Assembly: GCA_046757485.1 (NCBI GenBank)
Contig: JBHHYJ010000001.1
Coordinates: forward strand, 48,319 to 112,318
Length of the DNA stretch: 64,000 nucleotides
From: Gemmatimonadota bacterium
GTDB lineage: Bacteria; Gemmatimonadota; Gemmatimonadetes; Palauibacterales; Palauibacteraceae
Reading direction: 5' to 3'
This document shows, in pieces, positions 1-7,732 of this stretch. The notes beneath the pieces were generated by a model that worked only from the letters and a program-made list of their open reading frames with translations, did no database searches and was not told where the DNA came from. How positions within the stretch are numbered: the stretch's first letter is position 1; every line of letters starts with the position of its first letter. The translations under genes and the position numbers were made by a program.

Positions 1-19
1 TCGAATCCGGACGGCGCCT
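1..19 (+). tRNA. partial tRNA 3' end truncated by window edge: T-loop TTCGAAT, T-stem CCGGA, acceptor CGGCGCC, discriminator U (Cys-like)
   Basis: Window starts with TCGAATCCGGACGGCGCCT. This matches the T-loop/T-stem/acceptor layout, and a U73 discriminator is typical of tRNA-Cys. The 5' half is outside the window. Confidence 0.35.
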
Positions 20-27
20 CTCCTCAC

Positions 28-75
28 TCTAGAAGCCTGTTCCCCACCGTCTCCCGGGCCGCCGCCCCGGGTCCA
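28..75 (+). repeat. REP-like element copy (CTAGAAGCCTGTTCC...), follows the truncated tRNA
   Basis: Shares the CTAGAAGCCTGTT core with the other copies. Confidence 0.5.
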
Positions 76-225
76 CACCCGACGCCGGGAAATGCAACCT
101 TCCTTGCCCGCGGGCTGTCCTATTCATTGACGCTGGCGCCGACGGGGTTGCAAGAGGCCCCCGGCGGGCTCGAGACGGAGGTCGGACGAAGGCGATCCGC
201 GCGCGGTGCCGGGCAGGAAAGAGAA

Positions 226-289
226 AAAGAGAGACGGCCGGTGGGGGGCACCCTCCTGTGGCAAGGAACCGAACGGCATGACGCCGCCG
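226..289 (+). repeat. copy 1 of a ~65-nt duplicated motif A (AAAGAGAGACGGCCGGTGGGGGGCACCCTCCTGTGGCAAGGAACCGAACGGCATGACGCCGCC)
   Basis: Near-identical to 4683..4748. Contains two short conserved hairpins (GGTG..CACC and TCCTgtggcaAGGA). Confidence 0.6.
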
Positions 290-381
290 ATCTGCCCCGC
301 ACCGGCCGCTTCTGCTGCATGCCTCCGTTGAAGGAATAATAGGTCGATTCCGGGATCCGCGCCAGATCCTACGCCGAGGGG

Positions 382-879
382 CTACTCGCCGGGCTCAGTG
401 GTGGAGTCGGCCGGGACCTGGGCCGCGAGAGTCCAGCGCGTATCTTCCGCCCGGATAAGCAGGTAGTACTCCTCCCCTCCGCCGTCGTAGTACGCCGTGT
501 CCGTGCCCGCTCCCAAGCGGTTGACGGCGACCCACTGAAGCCTGCCGGTGGGGCTGTACACGAACACGCTCAGCACGCCCTCGTCGGGCGCGGCGTCGTT
601 CCTGGACTCCCAGGCGATCCGCCACTGGGGGGCCTCAACCCGGAACGTGTCGCTCAGCGTCTGACCGGCTCCCCCTGCCCACTGCTTCAGAGTCACCCAG
701 TGCCGGGGTCGAGTCCGGCGTCCCTCGTCCCCCTCGATGATCCGCAGCCCGGAAGTGGTCTCCGTGGTCGGGCGCTTCCGGGTCTCGTCCCCGCCCCGAC
801 AGGCCGTCGTCCAGGTGACCAGGAACAGCGCGGCCAGGCCGGCAAGTCCCCTCGGGTGTGGGATCGGCGATCCGATCAT
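382..879 (-). CDS. hypothetical lipoprotein
   Basis: 165-aa ORF with an N-terminal signal peptide ending in a Cys lipobox-like site (LVTWTTAC). No recognisable catalytic motif. Confidence 0.5.
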   Translation of the reverse strand: MIGSPIPHPRGLAGLAALFLVTWTTACRGGDETRKRPTTETTSGLRIIEGDEGRRTRPRHWVTLKQWAGGAGQTLSDTFRVEAPQWRIAWESRNDAAPDEGVLSVFVYSPTGRLQWVAVNRLGAGTDTAYYDGGGEEYYLLIRAEDTRWTLAAQVPADSTTEPGE

Positions 880-1111
880 TGCTCCAGCCTCCTCCTTTCT
901 CTCCAGGATCCCCGGCGGCTCGCTCAGCTCGCGCCCCTCGCGCTCCGGTGCGATCGGTGGGCACCGCGAGCTTATACCATCGACGAGGGGCCGAGCGTTC
1001 CACTCGCGCCGGGCGAACTTTCGTGGATCGTCTTGCAGGTACGGCCGTCATCGGCTGTCCTCGGAGAAGGCACCCGTCGCTCTTTCCGGAGCGGGCCGAT
1101 GGGCCTAGCCT

Positions 1112-2242
1112 GTGACCTCCGAGAGCCGGATCGGTCAGCCGTACGGGAGCCTGCGCGTGGGACGTCTCTTGCGGGTCGAGAACCTCTTGAACCTCCTGCT
1201 GGGGTTCGTGCCGGCGGCCCTGCTGCTGGAGTTCTTCTTCCACGTCGGCGGCGTGCCGGTCTTCGTGACCTCGGCCGTGGCGATCGTCCCTCTCGCCGGT
1301 CTGATGGGGAAGGCGACGGAAGCGCTGGCCGCCCGGGTGGGCGCGGGGATCGGAGGTTTTCTCAACGCCACCTTCGGCAACGCGGCGGAGCTGATCATCG
1401 CGATCTTCGCCCTGCGGGCGGGCCTGGTGGACCTGGTGAAGGCGTCCCTCACCGGCTCCATCATCGGCAACGTGCTGCTGATCTTCGGCCTCTCAGCCCT
1501 GGCGGGCGGTCTCCGGCATTCCCGCCAGACGTTCAACCGCACCGCGGCCAGCATGGGCACCACGTTGCTTCTCCTGAGCGTGGTGGCGCTCGTCGTGCCG
1601 GCGATCTTCCACGCGGTGAGCGCCCCGGGCGTGGCCGCGGAGCGGGCGCTGAGCGTGGAGATCTCCCTCGTGCTTCTCCTCACGTACGGACTGGGGCTCC
1701 TCTTCTCCCTCCGGACGCACCAGCACCTGTACGCGGGCCGGATGCACGAGGCGGGAGAGGAGGGAGGGGAAGCGGGTTGGTCGCGGCGCCGGGCGTTCGC
1801 CGTCCTTCTCCTCTCCGCCGCCCTCGTGGGGGTGATGAGCGAGATCCTCGTCGGAGCCGTCACCGAGGCGGCCGAGCGGCTGGGGATGACGGAGCTGTTC
1901 GTCGGGGTGATCGTGGTGGCCGTGGTGGGGAACGCCGCCGAGCACTCCACCGCCGTCCTCATGGCCTGGAAGGACAGGATGGACCTGGCGATCCACATCG
2001 CCGTGGGCTCCTCCGTCCAGATCGCGCTCTTCGTGGCCCCCCTCCTCGTGCTGCTCAGCTATCTGCTCGGCCCCACCCCGATGGACCTGCGGTTCACCAC
2101 GTTGGAGGTGTTGGCCGTGACCCTGGCGGCGCTCGTCATCGTGCAGATCGCCCACGACGGCGAGACGAACTGGATGGAGGGCGTCCAAATGCTGGCCGTG
2201 TACGCGATCCTGGGCCTGGCGTTCTTCTACCTTCCCGTCTGA
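1112..2242 (+). CDS. chaA: Ca2+/H+ antiporter, CaCA family (ChaA/YfkE-like)
   Basis: Polytopic membrane protein with the two alpha-repeat GNAAE motifs ([16 protein letters not shown] and [11 protein letters not shown]). The true start may be the internal GTG/TTG near 1157-1170. Confidence 0.8.
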   Translation: MTSESRIGQPYGSLRVGRLLRVENLLNLLLGFVPAALLLEFFFHVGGVPVFVTSAVAIVPLAGLMGKATEALAARVGAGIGGFLNATFGNAAELIIAIFALRAGLVDLVKASLTGSIIGNVLLIFGLSALAGGLRHSRQTFNRTAASMGTTLLLLSVVALVVPAIFHAVSAPGVAAERALSVEISLVLLLTYGLGLLFSLRTHQHLYAGRMHEAGEEGGEAGWSRRRAFAVLLLSAALVGVMSEILVGAVTEAAERLGMTELFVGVIVVAVVGNAAEHSTAVLMAWKDRMDLAIHIAVGSSVQIALFVAPLLVLLSYLLGPTPMDLRFTTLEVLAVTLAALVIVQIAHDGETNWMEGVQMLAVYAILGLAFFYLPV

Positions 2243-2337
2243 GCGGGAGCCGGCGCGCACTCGAACGAACCGCGCGCCGGCACGGCGGCCGCTGTCTTCC
2301 CCCCTATTGCCGTCGGAAGGCCCTGCCCTCGAGCTGT

Positions 2338-2399
2338 CTACTAAGTAGTTAGTTGACAGCTCCGCAGCTCCGGCCTAGTTTCTACTAAACACGTAGTAG
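2338..2399 (+). promoter_or_regulatory. putative BlaI-type operator/promoter: dyads CTACTAAGTAG (2338-2348) and CTACTAaacacgTAGTAG (2382-2399) flanking a TTGACA -35 box (2353-2358) and a TAGTTT -10
   Basis: AT-rich island in a 70% GC background, 30 bp upstream of blaI. Two inverted repeats sit on either side of a sigma70-like promoter, as in blaI/mecI autoregulated operators. Confidence 0.5.
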
Positions 2400-2431
2400 G
2401 ACCAGGCCCCGGTGATCCTGCGGGAGGGCGA

Positions 2432-2869
2432 ATGGAGACGCGCTTTACGGAGAGGGAGCTGGACGTGATGGCGGTCCTGTGGGAGCACGGGCCCTCCACC
2501 GTCGCCGAGGTGCGGGACCGCCTCGGGGACCGACTCGCGTACACGACGGTGCTGACGGTCCTCCGAACGCTCGAGGAGAAGGGACAGGTGGAGCACACGC
2601 AGGAGGGGAAAGCGTACCGGTACCACCCGCTCGTGGGGCGCGAGGTGGCGGGTCGAGGGGCGCTCCGGCGCCTGATGCGGAAGCTCTTCCGGGGGTCCCC
2701 GGAGATGTTGCTGACGCAGCTCGTCTCGGACCCGATGTTGACCCGGGAAGAGCTCCGGGCTCTGCGGGCCCTCCTCGAGGAACGACTCGGGAAGGTCGCG
2801 AAGGAGGCCGACGCGGCGCAGAGGGAAGGCGAGTCCGGCGAGCTTCGAGCTCGGCGAGCATCACGATGA
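2432..2869 (+). CDS. blaI: BlaI/MecI/CopY family transcriptional repressor
   Basis: 145-aa ORF: N-terminal winged helix (LTERELDVMAVLWEHGPSTVAEVRDRL...YTTVLTVLRTLEEKGQV) plus a C-terminal dimerisation helix. ATGA start/stop overlap with the next gene. Confidence 0.85.
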   Translation: METRFTERELDVMAVLWEHGPSTVAEVRDRLGDRLAYTTVLTVLRTLEEKGQVEHTQEGKAYRYHPLVGREVAGRGALRRLMRKLFRGSPEMLLTQLVSDPMLTREELRALRALLEERLGKVAKEADAAQREGESGELRARRASR

Positions 2870-3258
2870 CGGCCCCGTGGATGGTGTACTGTTTGGTGAC
2901 GTCCCTGCTTCTCGGGGGGGCGGCCGTGTCAGCGGAGAGGGTGCTCCGCCTGTACTCACGGCCGGTGCGCTGGGCGTGGGCCGGGGCTCTGCTCGGCTCG
3001 ATAGGGATGCCGGCGCTCGCGTGGCTTCTCTCGGCGTGGGGGTCCCATCCGCACACGCTCGTAGGGTCGGCCCTTCTCCCGCCGATCGTGGAGCAGGTCG
3101 CCGGGGTCACGAGCCCGGGGTTCGGAAGCGTGACCGGTTCGGCGTGGATCTCTCGGTGGGACGGCCTCCTCCTGGGCGCTTGGGTTCTGTCGTCCGCGGG
3201 CGTCGCCGGCGCTCTGCTCCTCTCCTGGTGGACCCTCGGCCGTCTGCGGCAGGGGTAG
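2866..3258 (+). CDS. BlaR1-type (M56) signal-transducer peptidase, N-terminal fragment with three TM helices; ends at an in-frame TAG
   Basis: Hydrophobic N-terminus typical of BlaR1 TM1-TM3. Same reading frame as 3286..4503, separated only by TAG at 3256-3258. Confidence 0.6.
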   Translation: MTAPWMVYCLVTSLLLGGAAVSAERVLRLYSRPVRWAWAGALLGSIGMPALAWLLSAWGSHPHTLVGSALLPPIVEQVAGVTSPGFGSVTGSAWISRWDGLLLGAWVLSSAGVAGALLLSWWTLGRLRQG

Positions 3259-3285
3259 CCGCGAGCCTTCATCGGCGGCCTGCCC

Positions 3286-4503
3286 GTGCTCATCTCGCCC
3301 GAGCAGGGGCCGGCGGTGCTGGGGGTCTTTCGCGGCCAGGTCGTGCTGCCGGCGTGGCTGGACGAGCTGGGAGCCGAATTTCGCCATGCCGTTCTCCTGC
3401 ACGAGACGGAGCATCTCCGATCGGGGGATCATAGGCTACGGGCCGCCGGTCTGGCCGTGCTGGTCTCCCTCGCCTGGAACCCCGTCGTCTGGTGGCTGGT
3501 GCGGCGTCTCCGGCTAGCGATGGAATGCGACTGCGACGCGAGGGTCCTCGCCCGGCGTGTGCCCGTTGGGGCATACGGCGAGCTCCTCGTCACCGTGGGT
3601 TCCCGGCGCCGAGGGCGAATGCCGGGGCTCGCCGCGTTCGCCGAGCCCCGGGGGTTTCTGGAAAGGAGGATTCGCGTCATGACGCAGGGTGCGACGAGGA
3701 ACCGATCCGCGAAGGCGGCTGTCGCGGGGGCCCTGGCGGCCCTGGCCGTGGCCCTCTCTTGTGAAACCCCCGTGCCGACGGAGTCCGAAGGCCCGGCGGC
3801 CAGCGTGGTGCAGGCCACAGGCCAGGCCGAGCCGACGCGCGCGGGCGGAGCGGAGGTGGGGGAGAGGCCCCAGCCCACGCCGTACGACACGCCTCCGCAG
3901 TTGGTGGACGCCGACAGGGTTCGGGCGCTCCTGGCGACGGCGTATCCGCCCGACCTTCGCGCGGCAGGGGTGGGCGGGACGGTCGTCCTGTGGCTCCACC
4001 TCGCGTCGGACGGAACGGTGCTCGGGACGGTGATCAAGGAGGGAAGCGGCGAGCAGAGGCTCGACGAGGCGGCCGTGCGGGTCGCGGAGAAGATCCGGTT
4101 CACACCGGCGCGTTTCCAGGGAGAGCCCGTCCCCGTGTGGGTGATGCTGCCGCTCACCTTCCAGGTTTCATCCGTGGGCTCGATGGGCCCTGGCGCGCGT
4201 GGCGGAGAGACGCCGGGCCTTCGGGCCGGGCGGGCGAGCGCTCCGAGTTCCGGGTCCCGGATCCGGATCCAGGGCTCGGACGCGAACCCTCTTTCCAGCA
4301 ACCCGCTCGTCTACGTGGACGGCCGACTCGTGCCGACCCTCACCCTGGGCGACGGGAAGAGGCTGGCGTGGGGCGATGGGAGTGAGCTCCACCCGGAGGA
4401 GATCCGGACCATCGAGATCGTGAAGGGAGACGAGGCCGTGGCGCGCTTCGGGGCGGCGGGCCGGCGGGGCGCGATCCTGATCACGACGAAGATGGGCGGC
4501 TGA
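3286..4503 (+). CDS. M56 family metallopeptidase (BlaR1-like, HEXXH) fused to a TonB C-terminal domain and a TonB-dependent-receptor plug-like tail
   Basis: HETEH zinc motif (AVLLHETEHLRSGD) then TM4. TonB_C-like segment (YPPDLRAAGVGGTVVLWLHLASDGTVLGTVIKEGSG...IRFTPA). Plug-like end (IEIVKGDEAVARFGAAGRRGAILITTK). The frame is open upstream to the TAG at 3256. Confidence 0.7.
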   Translation: MLISPEQGPAVLGVFRGQVVLPAWLDELGAEFRHAVLLHETEHLRSGDHRLRAAGLAVLVSLAWNPVVWWLVRRLRLAMECDCDARVLARRVPVGAYGELLVTVGSRRRGRMPGLAAFAEPRGFLERRIRVMTQGATRNRSAKAAVAGALAALAVALSCETPVPTESEGPAASVVQATGQAEPTRAGGAEVGERPQPTPYDTPPQLVDADRVRALLATAYPPDLRAAGVGGTVVLWLHLASDGTVLGTVIKEGSGEQRLDEAAVRVAEKIRFTPARFQGEPVPVWVMLPLTFQVSSVGSMGPGARGGETPGLRAGRASAPSSGSRIRIQGSDANPLSSNPLVYVDGRLVPTLTLGDGKRLAWGDGSELHPEEIRTIEIVKGDEAVARFGAAGRRGAILITTKMGG

Positions 4504-4682
4504 GCGGGAAGCCCGACTGGCCGGAAGCAGGATCCAGCCGGGGCGGGAAGTGCGATCCGGCCGCAGCGGGAGGCGGGCCGCGGGGAGGGCGGAAATGGGT
4601 TCCGGCGCCTGGAATGAGGCGTCGAGTGGGGCCGGAGGGGAACCCTGAAACCTTGACGCCCCGGAATCCGTTAAGGGTTCAC

Positions 4683-4748
4683 AAAGGGAGACGGCAGGTG
4701 CGGCGGCACCCTCCTGTGGCAAGGAACCGAAACGGCTTGACGCCGACC
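4683..4748 (+). repeat. copy 2 of duplicated motif A
   Basis: AAAGGGAGACGGCAGGTGCGGCGGCACCCTCCTGTGGCAAGGAACCGAAACGGCTTGACGCCGACC; matches 226..289. Confidence 0.6.
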
Positions 4749-4782
4749 CAACGCCCCGCGCCCGCCCCTCCTTTTTTTCCGA

Positions 4783-4821
4783 CCTCCGCTTCGCTCCGGT
4801 TACGGCGGCGTGGAGCCATCT
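4783..4821 (+). repeat. copy 1 of duplicated motif B (CCTCCGCTTCGCTCCGGTTACGGCGGCGTGGAGCCATCT)
   Basis: Near-identical to 5475..5512; same orientation. Confidence 0.55.
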
Positions 4822-4942
4822 CCTGGGTGGATTCGCCTTCGCCTCAAGGTCTCGCGCGTGGCGCTCGACCGGCCGCTCCTTCGAAATGGCTCACGACATC
4901 GCGTCGTCGCCCCGCCCGACCCGCCTCCGGCGGGTGCCCGCT

Positions 4943-4995
4943 GGCCCCACGGCGCTCGTAACGCGGCCCGCCGTGGCTCTTCAACAGGCTTCTAG
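4943..4995 (-). repeat. REP-like element copy, inverted orientation (GGCCCCACGGCGCTCGTAACGCGGCCCGCCGTGGCTCTTCAACAGGCTTCTAG)
   Basis: Reverse complement matches the 38749..38799 copy almost base for base. Internal hairpin CCACGGCG / CGCCGTGG. Confidence 0.7.
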
Positions 4996-5098
4996 CTGCA
5001 AGAAGAGTGCGCGGCGCCTGGTTCCCGGTACCGGGGGCCGCTAGAATCTCCGCGGAAGCGTGATCGCCCTTCCGGCTTCGAAACCAAGGGAGGGAGAG

Positions 5099-5422
5099 AT
5101 GCCCCATTCGTTCGAAGAGCTGAAGGGGAAGACGGTCGCCCAGCTCCGGGAGATCGCCGAGGGGATCGAGCACGACGCGCTGCACGGCTTCAGCACGATG
5201 CACAAGGAGCACCTGATCCCGGCTCTCTGCGAAGCCCTCGGGATCGAGGCGCACGAGCATCACGAGGTCGTGGGAATCGACAAGTCGAAGGTGAAGGCCA
5301 GGATCCGGGAGTTGAAGACCGAGCGCGACACGGCCCTCGAGGCACGGGATCTGGAGGCCGCCCGTACGGCCCGCCGGGAGATCAAGAAGCTAAAGCGGAA
5401 GCTGCGCCGGGCGATCGTCTAG
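5099..5422 (+). CDS. small Rho_N (Rho termination factor N-terminal) domain-containing protein
   Basis: Strong RBS (AAGGGAGGGAGAG) before ATG 5099. FEELKGKTVAQLREIAEGIE resembles the Rho N-terminal helix bundle. Basic C-terminus. Confidence 0.6.
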   Translation: MPHSFEELKGKTVAQLREIAEGIEHDALHGFSTMHKEHLIPALCEALGIEAHEHHEVVGIDKSKVKARIRELKTERDTALEARDLEAARTARREIKKLKRKLRRAIV

Positions 5423-5450
5423 CAGCCTGTTGAAGAAACCCCCACGCGCC
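5419..5450 (+). repeat. REP-like element, partial copy (CTAGCAGCCTGTTGAAGAAACCCCCACGCGCC); its TAG is the stop codon of the Rho_N gene
   Basis: Shares the CTAG-AGCCTGTTGAAGA core. Confidence 0.5.
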
Positions 5451-5474
5451 CTGAGGGTGGGTGCAAGCACAGAT

Positions 5475-5512
5475 CTCCGCCTCGCTCCGGTTGCGGCGGC
5501 GTGGGGCCATCT
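5475..5512 (+). repeat. copy 2 of duplicated motif B
   Basis: CTCCGCCTCGCTCCGGTTGCGGCGGCGTGGGGCCATCT; about 120 bp upstream of tRNA-Leu. Confidence 0.55.
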
Positions 5513-5630
5513 GTTTCCGCAGCCACGGTGGGCGCCGGACGCTCGGGGAAACGCGCGCGCTTGGTGACGGATCTCGGCCTCGCCGTTGCGAGGCCCGTCC
5601 TTCTGCCTAACTTCAGGGGCCCCTCGGGGC

Positions 5631-5714
5631 GCCGGAGTGGCGGAACTGGCAGACGCGCCGGACTCAAAATCCGGTGGGAGCAATCCCTTGTGGGTTCGAG
5701 TCCCACCTCCGGCA
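5631..5714 (+). tRNA. tRNA-Leu (anticodon CAA)
   Basis: Manual fold. Acceptor GCCGGAG/CTCCGGC with discriminator A. Anticodon stem CCGGA/TCCGG with loop CTCAAAA. Long variable arm. T-arm GTGGG-TTCGAGT-CCCAC. 84 nt; no CCA encoded. Confidence 0.9.
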
Positions 5715-5797
5715 TGGAGCGGACCGGTGGGTGAGCCGGCAGGAGGGGCGGGAGGGGGCACCCCGGATCCCGAAACCTCCCGCCGTCCCGCTCGTTT

Positions 5798-6268
5798 CTA
5801 CGGCTCCAGGAACTTCACCTCGCGAACCAGCTTGCTGCTGAGGATCGTGCGGATCTCGGGGTAGACGGTCGACGTGATCCGGTTGGTTTCGTCCTCGCTG
5901 ATCATCGCCTGCACCCGCTCGCCGATGCGCTGGACCTTCTCCCGCCACGCCGCCGTGGCGTCGAAGGACGCCAGGTTCGGATGCTCCGTGACGAGGATCA
6001 GGTTGTACCCCTGGTCGTTGGGCGTGATGCTCGTGTAGAGGCTGTAGTCCGTCGTGAGGCCTTCCGCCATCGCCTCCTTCACGCCCGTCACCCACGTCCG
6101 CTTCAGGTTGTTCAGGTATCGCTCGTCCATGTTGGGATGAATCCGGATGAGCGTGACGTTGTACACGATCTCCTGGGTTTCCCAGGTTTCGCCTTCCTGT
6201 GCCAGGCTGCCGTGCGTCGCCAGGGGGACGAGGCCCAGCGCGATGAGGGCGAGGGACAGTCTTCGCAT
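5798..6268 (-). CDS. secreted hypothetical protein (about 157 aa), lower GC than its surroundings
   Basis: Signal peptide MRRLSLALIALGLVPLATHGSLA. No recognisable motif. About 60% GC against a ~70% background. Confidence 0.55.
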   Translation of the reverse strand: MRRLSLALIALGLVPLATHGSLAQEGETWETQEIVYNVTLIRIHPNMDERYLNNLKRTWVTGVKEAMAEGLTTDYSLYTSITPNDQGYNLILVTEHPNLASFDATAAWREKVQRIGERVQAMISEDETNRITSTVYPEIRTILSSKLVREVKFLEP

Positions 6269-6593
6269 GATGCGTTCTCCTGGTCTGAACGGAATGGGAG
6301 GACCGATACGGATGATCGACCCGGGTGCAGCCAGCATAGAGGACGTTGTTGCGGGGCGCCAGGCTCCCGGGATGCCGCGAGAACGCCCCGCCACCCGCCC
6401 CGGAGGGCGCGCGGCCGCTCCGACGGTGGAACCGGCGTTCCCCGCGGCGGCGTTTTAATGCGCAATGATCGGGCATCGTCGCCGGCCGCCGCTCCGCCCC
6501 GGAGCGAGGCCCGGGTACCTTGCGCGCTTCAGCCGCCGTCCCCCATGCTTCCGTCGAGGGCGGTGGCCTGAGGTTCCTCGGACTGGAGGTGAG

Positions 6594-6977
6594 ATGCGTC
6601 AGAACGTCGTCGGAATGCTGGCTCTCCTTCTGGTTCCGGCTTGCGCCACGGCACCTCGGAGCCACGACACGGTGCCGTCGACCCCGGCCACGGGCTCCGT
6701 CGCCTGGAGTCTCGAGGAGGCGTTCGATCGGATCCCGGGCGTCCTGAAGGAAGCCGGTTGGGACGTCACGGAGGTGAACTTCCGGACGGGCGTGATCCAG
6801 GGCAATCGGTCGGAGGGTGGGTATCCGGAGTGGGTCGGGGTCACGCTCCTCCCGAAGGTCGAGGGAGGCAGCGACTTCCGGATCTCGGTCCGCTCCTCGC
6901 GCGGGGGGCGGGAGGGCTCCCAGGCCGCCAAGGTGGTTCGCGTCGCGATCCTGGCAGCGGCGGAGGGAGGCTCTTAG
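6594..6977 (+). CDS. hypothetical lipoprotein
   Basis: RBS GGAGGTGAG then ATG. Signal peptide with lipobox (LLLVPAC). Confidence 0.5.
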   Translation: MRQNVVGMLALLLVPACATAPRSHDTVPSTPATGSVAWSLEEAFDRIPGVLKEAGWDVTEVNFRTGVIQGNRSEGGYPEWVGVTLLPKVEGGSDFRISVRSSRGGREGSQAAKVVRVAILAAAEGGS

Positions 6978-7732
6978 GAACGGCCGAGGGTGGCTTCGAC
7001 ATAGGCCCGGATCGCCCGGTGGGTGGCGGGATCCATCCATACGCTCTCCCCATCGGCCGCGGTTTCCCCGGCGCCGCCTGCGGCTCTCTCGAGAACGGGC
7101 CCGTGCATCTGGCGCTTCGTGAGGGCGAAGGCGGCGGGCGGAACGCTTGCCAGCTCCCGGGCCGCTTCGAGGGCTCGCTCCACGAGTCGATCCGCGTCGA
7201 CGAGCTCGTCGATGAGACCCCGGCGCAGTGCCTCGGGCCCCGAGTACGTCTCTCCCCGGTACACCAATTCTCGCAGGAAGCGCCGAGGCACGGCCCCGCG
7301 CACGATCTCCAGAGCGAGTGGGGGAAATGGCACGCCTACCCGGAGCTCCGGCACGCCGATCCTTCCGGACCCTTCGCTCATGAGGCGGAGGTCACAGGCG
7401 CAGGCTACCACACATCCCCCCGCGATCGCGTGACCGTTTAACGCCGCGATGACGGGCTTCGGGAACGTGTACAGATGGACCAGCAAGCTTCGCAGGACGG
7501 GGAGGAACTCCTGGACGTATCGGCTCCCCCCCTCCAGGAGGCGGAAGAGATCCACGCCGGCGGAGAAGATCGGCCCGGCAGCCGTGAGGACCAGCGCCCG
7601 CACACCGTCCTCGGCCCGCGCCTCCTCCAGCTCCCGGACGAGCTCGGAGGCCATCTCCACATCGATGGCGTTCGCCTTCCCGTGTTCGAGCCACACAAGG
7701 TCGGCGGCGTCTCGGTTCTCGCGTCGGATCAT
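6974..7732 (-). CDS. enoyl-CoA hydratase/isomerase (crotonase) family protein
   Basis: Crotonase-fold motifs (LVLTAAGPIFSAGVDL..., ALNGHAIAGG). Start chosen at the internal Met (MIRRENRDAADLVWLE) to give the typical ~250-aa length. Confidence 0.8.
   Translation of the reverse strand: MIRRENRDAADLVWLEHGKANAIDVEMASELVRELEEARAEDGVRALVLTAAGPIFSAGVDLFRLLEGGSRYVQEFLPVLRSLLVHLYTFPKPVIAALNGHAIAGGCVVACACDLRLMSEGSGRIGVPELRVGVPFPPLALEIVRGAVPRRFLRELVYRGETYSGPEALRRGLIDELVDADRLVERALEAARELASVPPAAFALTKRQMHGPVLERAAGGAGETAADGESVWMDPATHRAIRAYVEATLGRS

Noticed and set aside
700-2352. Long Arg/Gly/Pro-rich ORFs in alternative frames or on the opposite strand of real genes (for example 700-2352, 5664-7040, 10792-13686, 23561-26461, 31162-33930, 35616-37277)
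   Set aside because: Typical stop-codon-poor shadow frames of 70% GC DNA. They have low-complexity RGP-rich translations, no RBS, and overlap well-supported genes.
4706-4745. Possible sigma-54 promoter in motif A (TGGCAAGGAACCGAAACGGCTTGAC)
   Set aside because: The spacing between the GG and the TTGA/TGC elements does not fit the -24/-12 consensus (TGGCAC-N5-TTGCW).
4614-4961. ORFs 4614-4961(+), 4810-4995(+) and 4844-5263(-) inside the 555-bp non-coding stretch
   Set aside because: Arg-rich translations with no RBS. They overlap the repeat motifs and are better explained as non-coding.
1-5714. Genomic island bounded by tRNA 3'-end direct repeats (the truncated tRNA at 1-19 versus tRNA-Leu at 5631-5714)
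   Set aside because: The two tRNA 3' ends differ (CCGGACGGCGCCT versus CCCACCTCCGGCA). No integrase or recombinase gene is present, and the content (chaA, blaI/blaR1) is not obviously cargo-like.
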